Below the pieces are notes generated by a model. The model saw only the letters and a program-made list of their open reading frames with translations. It was not told the DNA's origin and ran no database searches. A DNA stretch of 64,000 nucleotides from an uncultured Acidimicrobiales bacterium. GTDB lineage: Bacteria > Actinomycetota > Acidimicrobiia > Acidimicrobiales > CATQHL01. Shown one piece after another: positions 45,048 to 54,981 of this stretch (the first letter of the stretch is position 1; each line of letters opens with the position of its first letter). A program made the position numbers and the translations under genes. The stretch is taken from assembly GCA_958295925.1 (NCBI GenBank), contig CATQHL010000001.1:2030780-2094779 (forward strand), read 5' to 3'.

Positions 45048-46481
45048 TCAGGCAGTCTCCCAGAATTCGCGGGCGACCCCCCGTCGCACCAACTCGGAGC
45101 GCAGCTCCAGCATTGCCGTGTATGTGGGGAGTATCCACAGGGTGCCGCCCTCGGGGGTTGCGGAGAGGGCGTCGTCGAGGGCGTCGGGGAGCCTCTCGTG
45201 CACGCTAAAGCTGTCGTGAGGGGCCCCTGCGTAGCGGAAGCGAAGGGCCAGCTCCCAGCAGCGACGTCCCCCCAGGGTGAGGCTGTCAAGGCGGTCGAGC
45301 AGCGGCTCGTAGTCCACGTCCCATATCCAGGAGGGATCTCGACCGTCGGCGGTGCGGTCGTTCAGCAGGATCAGAACGTGGAGGCGACTCTCCTCAGACA
45401 TCACGAAGCGCACGTTCTCGTTGGCGCCCGTGGGGTTCTTGGCCAGCAGCAGGCGCAGAGTGCGCCCTTGCAGAAAAATCTGCTCAGATCGCCCGAAGGC
45501 GGCGTCCACCTGCGAAAGGGCCCCTGAGACGGTCTCGGGAGGGACCCCCAGGGCACGTGCAGCCGAAGCGGCGGCAAGGGCGTTGTAGGCGTTTGGCAGA
45601 CCGCCGATGGGGACGGAGACGTCAAATGCCTCGGGGCGGCCGCCGCTCGAGTCAAGCAAGGAAAACGACAAGCCCTCGAAGCCCCTCAGCTCCACCCTGG
45701 AAGCCTGAAAGCGGGGTGTTGGGCGATGCAGCCCGCAGGAGTCGCAGCGCCAGGCCCCCAGGTGACCGACAGTTACGAAGTCGTGACTGAGCGCCTCCCC
45801 GCAGCGTCGGCAGCGAATGGTGTCGGCGGCGTGGGAGAGTTCCCGATTGTTGCCGTGGTCGTCCGCCATGCCGAAGAGCACGGTGTTGGGGTGCCCATTG
45901 CCAAGGAAGGCGAGGGCGGGGTCGTCTGCGTTGAGCAGCAGCGTCACGTCTTCGGGCAGGGAGCCGGCCAGTTCTACCCAGCGCTCAGTCACCGACTCAA
46001 GCTCCCCGTAGCGGTCGAGCTGATCCCTGAACAGGTTCATCAGCAGCACTAGGCCGGGCCGCAGTCGCCGCACAATGTCGTTGAGGGCGGCCTCGTCCAC
46101 CTCGAAGACGCCGACGCTCTCACCGGTTCGCCCGGTTTCCTGCCCCGTGTTGCGATCCTTCCTGCGACCCGCCCGCTTGGCGGCCAGCAAAGCCGCCGAA
46201 ATGCCGGAAGCCAGATTCGCCCCAGCGGTGTTGGCCGCGATGCTGCGCCCGTCGGCCGCAAGGCAGGCGATAAGCATCCGGGCGGTGGTCGTTTTTCCGT
46301 TGGTGCCTGAGAGCACCACGCAGCGCCGGGCCGTCTCGGCGGCCAGCCTCTCCATCGCACCCGGGTCGAGCCGGTTCAGAACCATCCCGACAATGCTCGT
46401 GCCGCCCCCCAGCCGCAGACGTCTGGAAAGCGCACCGGCCGATCCTGCAACGGTCTCGGCAAGGCGCACCACGGCGATCAT
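45048..46481 (-). CDS. murT: Mur-ligase-family lipid II isoglutaminyl synthase subunit
   Basis: GTNGKTTT P-loop, the four-Cys ribbon CRRCGEAL...WRCDSCG and a DUF1727-like C-terminus. Confidence 0.85.
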   Translation of the reverse strand: MIAVVRLAETVAGSAGALSRRLRLGGGTSIVGMVLNRLDPGAMERLAAETARRCVVLSGTNGKTTTARMLIACLAADGRSIAANTAGANLASGISAALLAAKRAGRRKDRNTGQETGRTGESVGVFEVDEAALNDIVRRLRPGLVLLMNLFRDQLDRYGELESVTERWVELAGSLPEDVTLLLNADDPALAFLGNGHPNTVLFGMADDHGNNRELSHAADTIRCRRCGEALSHDFVTVGHLGAWRCDSCGLHRPTPRFQASRVELRGFEGLSFSLLDSSGGRPEAFDVSVPIGGLPNAYNALAAASAARALGVPPETVSGALSQVDAAFGRSEQIFLQGRTLRLLLAKNPTGANENVRFVMSEESRLHVLILLNDRTADGRDPSWIWDVDYEPLLDRLDSLTLGGRRCWELALRFRYAGAPHDSFSVHERLPDALDDALSATPEGGTLWILPTYTAMLELRSELVRRGVAREFWETA

Positions 46482-46592
46482 GTTAATGAGCCTCGGAAGA
46501 GCCCAGCCTGAGGAGGCTCATCCATCACCTGCCTGGGGGGATCCCCTCAGGGTTCAACCTGCGATACCACTGGCCCAACTAGTCTGCCCGGT

Positions 46593-47369
46593 ATGCGGAT
46601 CGCCGCCTGGAACGTGAACTCCCTGCGAGCCCGCCTGCCGAGGGTGGAGGCCTGGCTGGCAGCCGTCTGCCCCGAGGTGGTCTGCTTGCAGGAGACGAAG
46701 CTGAACGACGGCGATTTTCCGAGCGGATTGCTGGAATCGATGGGCTATCGAGTCGCCCACCACGGGCAGGGACGATGGAATGGCGTTGCAGTCTGCAGCC
46801 GGGTGGGGCTCGAGGATGTCACGGCGGGCTTCGACGACGGGCAACCCCCCGATCCCGACGCCCGATTGGTCTGGGCGACCTGCGGGGGTGTGCGCGTCGC
46901 CAGCGTCTACGTGCCCAACGGGCGGGCGCTGGACGCAGACCACTATCAGTACAAACTGGCCTGGCTTCGACGGCTGCGCGGCTGCCTCGAGGAGCGCCAT
47001 GACCCCTCGGAAAAGCTCGTGCTGGCCGGTGACTTCAACGTGGCCCCCTCAGACATGGACGTCTGGGACATCGACGCCTTCGCAGGGCTTACCCACGTGA
47101 GCGAGCCCGAACGCATCGCCTGGAGGGATCTCTGCGAGTGGGGGCTCGAAGACGTTTTCCGCCTCGCCTACCCCGGAATTGCTGGGCTTTATACGTTTTG
47201 GGATTATCAAGGGGGGCGATTCCACAAACGTCAGGGAATGCGCATCGACCACATCCTGGCCACGGCAACACTGGCCCGGGAGGTTGAGGGCATCATCGTG
47301 GATCGCAACGCCCGCAAGGGCCCCAAGCCGTCGGACCATGCCCCTGTGGTGGCGGACTTCCGACTCTGA
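46593..47369 (+). CDS. xthA: exodeoxyribonuclease III
   Basis: MRIAAWNVNSLRAR, VVCLQETK, GDFNVAP, RIDHIL and SDHAPV. Confidence 0.9.
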   Translation: MRIAAWNVNSLRARLPRVEAWLAAVCPEVVCLQETKLNDGDFPSGLLESMGYRVAHHGQGRWNGVAVCSRVGLEDVTAGFDDGQPPDPDARLVWATCGGVRVASVYVPNGRALDADHYQYKLAWLRRLRGCLEERHDPSEKLVLAGDFNVAPSDMDVWDIDAFAGLTHVSEPERIAWRDLCEWGLEDVFRLAYPGIAGLYTFWDYQGGRFHKRQGMRIDHILATATLAREVEGIIVDRNARKGPKPSDHAPVVADFRL

Positions 47370-47520
47370 TGCCCTCTAGCCGGATACGTCTGAGGTCGCC
47401 AAGGGACAGCCGTCTCCAGTTTGGCCGCCTTAGCAGGGGGGTTTCGTCCTGGAAGTAGCGCAGGAAGCCGCGCACGGAGGCTTAAACGAACTCGTCTTCT
47501 GGGTTCAGCTCCTGGCGCTT

Positions 47521-49611
47521 GTGCTTGTGGCCCGCATCCTTGGCTGGGTCATGGTCCAGATCGGGATGCCGAGGGTCATCGGGGAGCTAGGCGCGGGGGT
47601 CATTCTGGGGCCTTCTGTGTTCGGGCGCGTCTGGCCCGAGGGCTTTGACTGGTTCCTGCCCGGCTCAGAGGTTCAGAACACGGCCATCCAGGTCGTGAGC
47701 TTTGTGGGGGTGGCCCTGCTGCTTGTGCTGGCAGGCTTCGAAACCGACCTGGGGCTCATCTCCAAGCTGGGCCGCCCGGCGATGCTGGTTGCACTGGGAA
47801 GCATGCTCCTGCCGGCCTTGGGAGGCACCGCGCTGGGAATGCTTCTGCCTGGGGGGTTCCTTGGGGAGGAGGCCAGTCGCAGCACGTTCACAATGTTCGT
47901 TGCGGTGGCGGTGAGCGTCTCTTCCCTGGCCGTGGTGGCCAAGATACTGTCCGACCTGGGATTGATGCGCCGCGACTTCGGCCAGATAACCATGGCCGTG
48001 GGGATGACCAACGACGTGATCGGCTGGCTGGCGCTGGGCATCTTCAGCAGCCTTGCGGCCTCGGGTGGGGTTTCCGCGGTGAGGATTGTTATCTCCATCG
48101 GCGGGCTGCTGGTTTTCCTGGCACTGGCCCTGACAGTGGGGCAGCGCATGCTGGATTTCTGGCTGCGTCAAACGAAGCGTGGCAGTGACGTGCTGGGCGC
48201 CGCTGTGACCACGGCGGTCGTGACGATGCTTGGCTTCGGTGTGATCACCCAGGGTCTCGGGGTGGAGGCGGTGTTGGGGGCTTTCGTGGCGGGCGTGATC
48301 TTGCATCGTTCCCGCTTTGTGGACTCCCGGCTGGAGGGTTACCTGGAGCGGCTCACATCTTCCTTCTTCGCCCCCGTCTTTTTTGCCTTCGCCGGTTTGA
48401 AGGTGAACCTGAACCTTCTCTCAGACTCCTCGTTGCTGGGCTGGACGGTTCTGCTGGTTGCGGTGGCCATCGTGTCAAAGTTCCTGGGTTCCTACTACGG
48501 GGCCCGCTGGGCCAAGCTCAGCCCCCGCGCTGCCATGGCCCTGGGTGCCGGGTTGAACGCACGCGGCACGCTGGAGATCGTCATCGGGACAGTGGGGTTG
48601 AGTCTGGGGGTCTTCAACGACGCCTCTTTTACCGTCATCGTGCTGGTGCCGCTCGTAACGTCGATTTTTGCCTCGATCGCCCTGCGCGTCGTTGTCTGGA
48701 ATTGGCGAGGGAGCGACGCTGAGGTCAAGCGTCTGGAGCGGGAGGAGATGCTCAAATCAAACCTGCTGGTGCGAACCTCCAGGATGCTTCTCTTGAGCCG
48801 TGGGGGGCCTGCTTCGATTGCGGCTGCCCAGCTGATGCACTTCACTTGGCCCAAGGAGGCCCACGTCACGGTTCTCTCGGTGGCCGGGCGGCAGGTGCGC
48901 TTTGACCTCACCCCGATCTCCAACGTGCTCTACGACCGTGAGGTGAGTTACCGGCGTGTGCGCTCGGAGAAGGTGCTTAAGGCCATAACCAACGAGGCCC
49001 GGCTGGGCTACGGCGTCATCGGAATGGGTGTGGAGTCCTCCGAGGAGGCAGGGAGGGTGGTCTCCCCGCTGGTGGACGAGGTGCTCAAGTTCAGCCCGAC
49101 GCCGGTGGTGGTGGTGAGACGTCCCAAGGACTCTGAGCGACCGATCCCCGCCGCCTTCGGAAAGGCCGTGGTTCCGACCTCCGGCAGCCGGACTTCGCGA
49201 GGGGCTGTAGAAGTGGCAGCAAATCTGAGTGGGCAGCTTGGGACCCGGCTCGTCCTTGCCCACGTCATTCACCGGAGTGAAGCCATCGGTGCTCGTTCCG
49301 CCGTCCTGCCGCTTCGGCTGAGTCGTTTGCGCCCCGGGCAGCGAGCGGAACACCTCTCTCAGCAGGTGCTCCTAAAGTCGGCGGCGGTGGCCAAGGATCT
49401 TTCCGTGGAGCCTCTGCTGGTCACTCGGACGGGGGCTTCCACAGCCGATGAGATTCTGGCGCTGGTGAGGGAGTCGGGCGCCGATCTGGTGATAATGGGT
49501 GCAAGTCTTCGACGGCTGCGCGACAGGCCGTTTCTTGGTCACACCGTAGAGCAGGTGCTGAATCGCTGCGAAGTCACGGTGGCGATAGTCATGATGCCGT
49601 TTGAGATCTAG
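47521..49611 (+). CDS. CPA2-type cation:proton antiporter fused to C-terminal universal-stress-protein (Usp) domains
   Basis: About 400 aa of multi-TM Na+/H+-exchanger-like sequence are followed by two Usp-like modules (HVTVLSV..., LVLAHVIH...GADLVIMGA). Confidence 0.8.
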   Translation: MLVARILGWVMVQIGMPRVIGELGAGVILGPSVFGRVWPEGFDWFLPGSEVQNTAIQVVSFVGVALLLVLAGFETDLGLISKLGRPAMLVALGSMLLPALGGTALGMLLPGGFLGEEASRSTFTMFVAVAVSVSSLAVVAKILSDLGLMRRDFGQITMAVGMTNDVIGWLALGIFSSLAASGGVSAVRIVISIGGLLVFLALALTVGQRMLDFWLRQTKRGSDVLGAAVTTAVVTMLGFGVITQGLGVEAVLGAFVAGVILHRSRFVDSRLEGYLERLTSSFFAPVFFAFAGLKVNLNLLSDSSLLGWTVLLVAVAIVSKFLGSYYGARWAKLSPRAAMALGAGLNARGTLEIVIGTVGLSLGVFNDASFTVIVLVPLVTSIFASIALRVVVWNWRGSDAEVKRLEREEMLKSNLLVRTSRMLLLSRGGPASIAAAQLMHFTWPKEAHVTVLSVAGRQVRFDLTPISNVLYDREVSYRRVRSEKVLKAITNEARLGYGVIGMGVESSEEAGRVVSPLVDEVLKFSPTPVVVVRRPKDSERPIPAAFGKAVVPTSGSRTSRGAVEVAANLSGQLGTRLVLAHVIHRSEAIGARSAVLPLRLSRLRPGQRAEHLSQQVLLKSAAVAKDLSVEPLLVTRTGASTADEILALVRESGADLVIMGASLRRLRDRPFLGHTVEQVLNRCEVTVAIVMMPFEI

Positions 49612-49625
49612 CCGACGGGGTGCAC

Positions 49626-51488
49626 TCAGAGGCGGGTGGCCTCGTCTTCAGATGCCCCGCCGTGTTCGGAAACGATTTTCAGGATCCTTGAGCCAAAGTT
49701 GCGAATGCGGGGTTCCCCCAGCGACGTGAGCAGTTCCAACTCCGAGAGCGTGGATGGTCTTTGTGAAGCTACAGAGTGCAGGTCGGCGTCTCCGATGACC
49801 GCCTGGGGAGGCACCCGTGCCGCATTTGCCTGCCGTCGCCGCCACTCCATCAGGTTGCGGATCAGCGCCAAATCCCTGCGCTCGCCATTCAGGGCACGGC
49901 CATTCAAGGGAGAGGCGCTCAAACGGGGGCGTGGGGCCGCAGCACCCGGTGCGGCTTCAATGCGTGCAGGGATTTTTCCTCTCCTGGCCGTTGAGGCTTC
50001 CATTGTCCTTGAGAGGTCCATTAGCCACCTGGAGGGTCGACGCCCGCCGTGTCGCGCGCCGCTGCGATTGGCGGCCCAGGTAAGGGAGAGTTTCCGGCGA
50101 GCCCTTGTGAGCGCCACGTAGAACAGCCTTTTCTCCTCTGACAGGGCTGCGCCATCCATTGAGAGGTAATGCGGCATCAGTCCCTCCTCAAGCCCTGCGA
50201 CATGCACCACGGCGAACTCCCGTCCCTTGGCTGCGTGCATGGTGGATACGCAAACTGCGTCCTCCTGCCCCGAGGGAGGGGGGCCCTCGGCCCAGCGGGA
50301 CTCGCCGGCGACGGCAACTGCAGGGATTCCCGCTCTGCTCAGGGCCTCCGCCGTCTGATCCACAAGCGATTTTGTTCGCACCAGAACGGCCTGGGCAGAC
50401 CAGTGCTCGCCTGGCAGGCGCTCAGCTTGAATGGCTTCGACGATCGCCTGCCGCTCTGCGTCGTCGTCGTTCAGCCGGCGGATGCTCAGGGCGTCCTCAG
50501 GAAGGTCGCCGAGGTTCTGAGGGGCTGCACGGGCTGACTGCCCACTTGGCCGGATCGCCTGGGAGACCGCCACCACGCCTGCGCTGGATCGGTAGTTGGT
50601 GTCAAGTCGCAGCACCTGGGCGTCTTCGAAGTTGGAGGCGAAGTCGGCTAGCAGCGTCTCGTCCGCCCCGTTCCAGCCGTAGATGGCCTGATCCGGGTCG
50701 CCCACTGCGCACAGGTCGGCCCGCCCGCCGAGTTGCGCTCGCAGCAGCCTGAACTGGGCAGGGGTTAGATCCTGGAATTCGTCCACGAAGAAGTGCCGGT
50801 GTCCCCAGCGATAGGCATCCGCCAGGTTGTCGTCCTGCTCGAGTCGCTCTGCGGCCATCCTCAGCAGGTCGTTGAAGTCGCAAACCCGCAGAAAACGCTT
50901 TTCCGTGCCGAAGTCTGAGATGATCTCGGCCATTCTCCATAGGGGGAAACCGGGGTTTCTGCCTGCCGCCGCCGCAGCGGGTTGATACCCGGAGGCGCCC
51001 AGGTTGTTGGCCGCGGCCCAGTCCAGCTCCTCTGCTGCCTTGTGGATGCTCTCGCCCGATCTCAGGACCTTCCTGAGCATCTGCGCCCGGTTGGGGAGGA
51101 TCTTCGGTGGCTTGCGTCGCTCATCCTCGGCCCAACTGGCGATCATCCTGGAGGAGAGGGCGTGAAAGGTGCCCACGACAGGCATGTCGCGCAGGCCCAG
51201 CCTCTCGAGGCGTTCGGACAGCTCGACAGCGGCGCGGCGGGTGAAGGTGACCGCCACCGCGAATCGGGGATCCAGCCCCCCGACAGCGGCCCTGTATGCG
51301 ATGCGGTGAGTAAGCACGCGTGTTTTGCCCGATCCTGGCCCGGCGCAGACGCAGAGCGTCGTTGCCCGCGATGAGACTGCGGCCCGCTGTTCGTCGTCGA
51401 GGCCGTCAAGCAGCCGCTGCGAGGAATCCGAGACCGTGAGGGCGCCTGCGCTCTCTGAGAGTGCGATCCCAGACGGGTTGCCTGCCAC
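49626..51488 (-). CDS. UvrD/Rep-family helicase with C-terminal HRDC-like domain
   Basis: GPGSGKT, FVDEFQD, TMHAAKGREF and YVALTRAR. The last roughly 70 aa (LMEWRRRQA...VPPQAVIGDADL...LGEPRIRNFGSRIL) look HRDC-like. Confidence 0.85.
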   Translation of the reverse strand: MAGNPSGIALSESAGALTVSDSSQRLLDGLDDEQRAAVSSRATTLCVCAGPGSGKTRVLTHRIAYRAAVGGLDPRFAVAVTFTRRAAVELSERLERLGLRDMPVVGTFHALSSRMIASWAEDERRKPPKILPNRAQMLRKVLRSGESIHKAAEELDWAAANNLGASGYQPAAAAAGRNPGFPLWRMAEIISDFGTEKRFLRVCDFNDLLRMAAERLEQDDNLADAYRWGHRHFFVDEFQDLTPAQFRLLRAQLGGRADLCAVGDPDQAIYGWNGADETLLADFASNFEDAQVLRLDTNYRSSAGVVAVSQAIRPSGQSARAAPQNLGDLPEDALSIRRLNDDDAERQAIVEAIQAERLPGEHWSAQAVLVRTKSLVDQTAEALSRAGIPAVAVAGESRWAEGPPPSGQEDAVCVSTMHAAKGREFAVVHVAGLEEGLMPHYLSMDGAALSEEKRLFYVALTRARRKLSLTWAANRSGARHGGRRPSRWLMDLSRTMEASTARRGKIPARIEAAPGAAAPRPRLSASPLNGRALNGERRDLALIRNLMEWRRRQANAARVPPQAVIGDADLHSVASQRPSTLSELELLTSLGEPRIRNFGSRILKIVSEHGGASEDEATRL

Positions 51489-51686
51489 GCCCCGACCTTA
51501 CAACGCCCCTGTGACGCCTTCGGCTCGCGAGGCTCTACCCGCGCCGGAACAAGGGCGGCGGCTTGTCGGCCTGTTTGGAAAAGGCGGATTGTAATATTGG
51601 GCTTGCGTGAAAGGCTTGCGAGCATTGCTGGAGGGCGCGCATGCGTGCAGTGAACCTGAGCCTCCGCTGAGCGGGGCCTGAGAGGG

Positions 51687-52919
51687 ATGGCTCACTCCTT
51701 CGACGTGGCGGTGGTCGGGGCGGGGATCGTAGGGTTGGCAACCGCAAGGGCGGTAGCGGAGCGGCTTCCGGGAGCGGCCATCTGCGTTCTCGAAAAGGAG
51801 GGCGTGGTCGGGGCACACCAGACCGGTCACAACAGCGGGGTCATCCACACAGGGCTGTACTACGCGCCGGGATCTTTGAAGGCTCGGCTGTGCGTGGAGG
51901 GTCATCGTTTGATGCGCGAGTTCTGCGAGGACGAGGGAATAACGGTGAGACGCTGCGGAAAGGTGGTGGTGGCCACTTCAGAGGAGGGCTTGCCGCGCCT
52001 CGAGGAGCTTTACCTCAGGGGAACCGCCAACGGCCTGCGCGGGCTTCGTCGGCTGGACGCCGACGGGCTGCGGGAGATCGAGCCGCATGCGGCGGGGCTG
52101 GCAGGGTTGGCCGTCCCAGACGCCTGCGCGGTTGATTTCTCAGCTGTGGCCGAGCGCATGGCCGAGGGTCTTACCGGCGAGGTCGTGCTTGAAAGCCCGC
52201 TGGAGGCCGTCAATGTCGGCAAGGCGAACTCGAGGGTGCTCTTGAGCGCCGGGGGAAGGACGATCAGGGCGCGCCTGTTGGTGAATTGCGCCGGCCTGTA
52301 CTCCGATCAGGTGGCAAGGCTCTCGGGCGCCGAGGTGGATGTGCGAATCATCCCGTTCAGAGGCGAGTACTACAAGCTCACGGAACGGGCGGCGGCCAAG
52401 GTCAAGTCCCACATCTACCCTGTGCCCGACCCGGCTTTTCCCTTTCTGGGCGTCCATTTCACCCGTAGGGTGGACGACACTGTGGAAGTCGGCCCAAACG
52501 CGGTCCTCGCCCTGGGGAAGGAGCACTATCGGGGGAGCAGCCCAAACCTCTCCGAGTGCGCAGCCATGCTGGGCTTCCCCGGCTTCTGGCGGCTGGCGCG
52601 CCGCAACTGGCGTGCAGGGGCGACAGAGTTTCGGCGCCGATCTCGCAGAGGCTTTGCGCGTTCCGCTCAGGCGCTCATGCCCGCGCTGACTATGGCAGAC
52701 CTGCGGCCTGGAGGCTCGGGTGTGCGGGCACAGGCCGTGACGCGCAGCGGCAGGCTTGTCGACGGTTTCCTGATTGAGCACACCCCCGGCTGCCTCCACG
52801 TCCTGAACGCCCCTTCGCCTGCCGCAACGGCGTCGCTGGCGATTGGCAGGCATGTCGCCGCCTTGGCAGTCGAACGTCTTTGCCCGCCCCGCCGGGGCGG
52901 ATCGCAGCCTGGCCGCTAG
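51687..52919 (+). CDS. lhgO: L-2-hydroxyglutarate oxidase/dehydrogenase
   Basis: FDVAVVGAGIVGLATA, HQTGHNSGVIHTGLYY and NAPSPAATASL. Confidence 0.85.
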   Translation: MAHSFDVAVVGAGIVGLATARAVAERLPGAAICVLEKEGVVGAHQTGHNSGVIHTGLYYAPGSLKARLCVEGHRLMREFCEDEGITVRRCGKVVVATSEEGLPRLEELYLRGTANGLRGLRRLDADGLREIEPHAAGLAGLAVPDACAVDFSAVAERMAEGLTGEVVLESPLEAVNVGKANSRVLLSAGGRTIRARLLVNCAGLYSDQVARLSGAEVDVRIIPFRGEYYKLTERAAAKVKSHIYPVPDPAFPFLGVHFTRRVDDTVEVGPNAVLALGKEHYRGSSPNLSECAAMLGFPGFWRLARRNWRAGATEFRRRSRRGFARSAQALMPALTMADLRPGGSGVRAQAVTRSGRLVDGFLIEHTPGCLHVLNAPSPAATASLAIGRHVAALAVERLCPPRRGGSQPGR

Positions 52920-52933
52920 GAGGAGGGCAGGCC

Positions 52934-53278
52934 ATGCGACTGTCGACGCAACGGTTCGAAGATCTTGTGGAGGCGGCCCTGGCTCAGATTCCGGACGAAC
53001 TCTGGGCGTGCGTGGACAACCTGGTGGTCACAGTGGAGGAGGAGTCTGAAGACTCCCCCGATCTTCTCGGCCTCTACTACGGCATCCCGTTGACCGAGCG
53101 GGACAATTACTCCGGGATGATCCTGCCGGATCGCATTTACATCTACCGCAAACCCATCTGCGAGCTTTCCGACTATGAATCCGAGGTGATTGAGCAAATC
53201 CGCATAACAGTTCTGCATGAGGTGGCGCACCACTTCGGCATCTCCGATGAGCGTCTAGAGGAGCTGGGCTACGACTAG
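52934..53278 (+). CDS. zincin-like metallopeptidase-family protein (DUF1025 type)
   Basis: LHEVAHHFG (HExxH) and LLGLYYG. ATG 52934 follows AGGAGGG. Confidence 0.8.
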   Translation: MRLSTQRFEDLVEAALAQIPDELWACVDNLVVTVEEESEDSPDLLGLYYGIPLTERDNYSGMILPDRIYIYRKPICELSDYESEVIEQIRITVLHEVAHHFGISDERLEELGYD

Positions 53279-53331
53279 CGGAGGCTCGAAGGCCCTCTAA
53301 TGGGGCGCTGACGGCAAGCTACGATCTCAGC

Positions 53332-53994
53332 ATGTCCTTCCCCCTGGAAATGCTCGCGGAGGGCGAGGAAATAGCAGTCGAAATCCGTCCCCACTGGACA
53401 TACCTTGGAAGCCCCGCGGCCGTGTTTCTGCCGTCATTGGGGATGATGCTGGCTGCGGCGCTGCTCACACCCGATGGCTGGCCATCGGGGCTCAGGGGCG
53501 CCATAGTGGGCATTGCTGTTGCTCAGTTCGTCTTGGCGACGGCGGCTAGCGGCCTCAGGATCCTCAAATGGCTGAGGACGCGCCTGTTGTTTACCAACTT
53601 GAGGGTTGTCTCCTGGGAGGGTTCGCTGAGGATGCGCGGGGTTGAGCTGAAATTGCGAAGGATCAAGAATCTGGGAGTTGGGGAAACCACCTGGGGGCGG
53701 CTGCTGGGTGTGGGTGACCTGTTCATCCATTCAACCCTCGGCGATCACTGCAGGCGATTTGCATTCATGCCCAGGCCCCGCAGGCGTCTGGGGGAGGTGT
53801 TGCTGCACCTCTCGAGTCTTAACATCGCGCTGGACGGTGAAGCCGATGCGCAAACGGGGCTCGTCCCCCAGGCTTCGTCGAGCCGAGGTGAGCTTGGCGA
53901 GGCTTTCAGGCAACTTCAGGTAATGAGGTCTGCGAAGCGTATTTCCGAGTCTGAGTACCGCCGGAAGATGAGGGAGCTGCGAACCCGCTGTTGA
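53332..53994 (+). CDS. bacterial PH-domain (YdbS/YdbT-like) membrane protein with SHOCT-like tail
   Basis: LAEGEEIAVEIRPHW, two TM helices and FTNLRVV...LKLRRIKNLGV...GDLFI. The C-terminal ISESEYRRKMRELR is SHOCT-like. Confidence 0.6.
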   Translation: MSFPLEMLAEGEEIAVEIRPHWTYLGSPAAVFLPSLGMMLAAALLTPDGWPSGLRGAIVGIAVAQFVLATAASGLRILKWLRTRLLFTNLRVVSWEGSLRMRGVELKLRRIKNLGVGETTWGRLLGVGDLFIHSTLGDHCRRFAFMPRPRRRLGEVLLHLSSLNIALDGEADAQTGLVPQASSSRGELGEAFRQLQVMRSAKRISESEYRRKMRELRTRC

Positions 53995-54091
53995 GGGTTA
54001 GGCGAAGCATCCAGGGGGTTCCCCGTTTGCGAGGGCGGTGTGCGCTCAGATCGGAAAGCGCCGGGAAGGGGTGGGTGGCTTCAATATCCTG

Positions 54092-54889
54092 ATGCCGGTG
54101 TCCACCCTGGTCTGCTTTCACGCCCACCCCGACGACGAAGCCATCGCCACAGGCGGGACCATGGCGGCTGCGTCGGCGAGAGGTCATCGGGTGGTGCTGG
54201 TACTTGCCACTCGTGGCGAACTCGGCGAGAAGATCCCCGGGGTTGTGCCCGAGGGCTGGGAACTGGGCCGCTGGCGCGAAGGGGAGACGTGGGCTTCGGC
54301 TGAGGTTCTGGGATGCCACAGGCTGGTGTTTCTGGGCTACAGGGACTCCGGCATGGCGGGAACGCCCACCACCCGGCACCCCGAGGCTTTCTGTCAAATG
54401 GACGTGGAGGTCGCTGCCAGACGGCTTGCGGCCGTGCTGAGGAGCGAGAACGCGGACGTGCTTACCACCTACGACCCGCACGGCGTCTACGGCCACCCCG
54501 ACCACATTGCGGTTCACGAGGTGGGGAAGAGGGCCGCTGAGCTGGCCCGGACGCCGAGGCTTTTCTGGGCGACCGCCGACCGGGACTTCTTCGTGGAACG
54601 GGCCGCCGTCGATGAGGCCTTGGCGGAGAGAGTCGGGGGGGAGGGGATTGAGGATGTCACCGACATCTCGTTCGGTCTGCCGAGGGATGAGATCACCCAC
54701 CGCATAGACGTGCGCGACTTTGCAGCCGCCAAGCGGGCGGCCATGAGGGCGCACGCAAGCCAGATAGGCCCGGACTCGTTTTTTCTCGCGCTGGACGACG
54801 AGGCGTTTGCCCAGGCGTTCGGCTGGGAGTGGTTCGTGCTTGCCGGGGGGCGGCGCAACGGGCCGTTCGCAACCGATCTTTTTTCCTGA
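54092..54889 (+). CDS. PIG-L/LmbE-family deacetylase
   Basis: LVCFHAHPDDEAI, YGHPDHIAVH and MRAHASQ. Confidence 0.8.
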   Translation: MPVSTLVCFHAHPDDEAIATGGTMAAASARGHRVVLVLATRGELGEKIPGVVPEGWELGRWREGETWASAEVLGCHRLVFLGYRDSGMAGTPTTRHPEAFCQMDVEVAARRLAAVLRSENADVLTTYDPHGVYGHPDHIAVHEVGKRAAELARTPRLFWATADRDFFVERAAVDEALAERVGGEGIEDVTDISFGLPRDEITHRIDVRDFAAAKRAAMRAHASQIGPDSFFLALDDEAFAQAFGWEWFVLAGGRRNGPFATDLFS

Positions 54890-54981
54890 TGCGCCCGGGC
54901 GGGCTGTAGCGACGAAATGCGATTCCGCAAGATGCGACTGACCGCCACCCTGACGCTTCCGCCAGGCGCTGGGGGTCGCCT

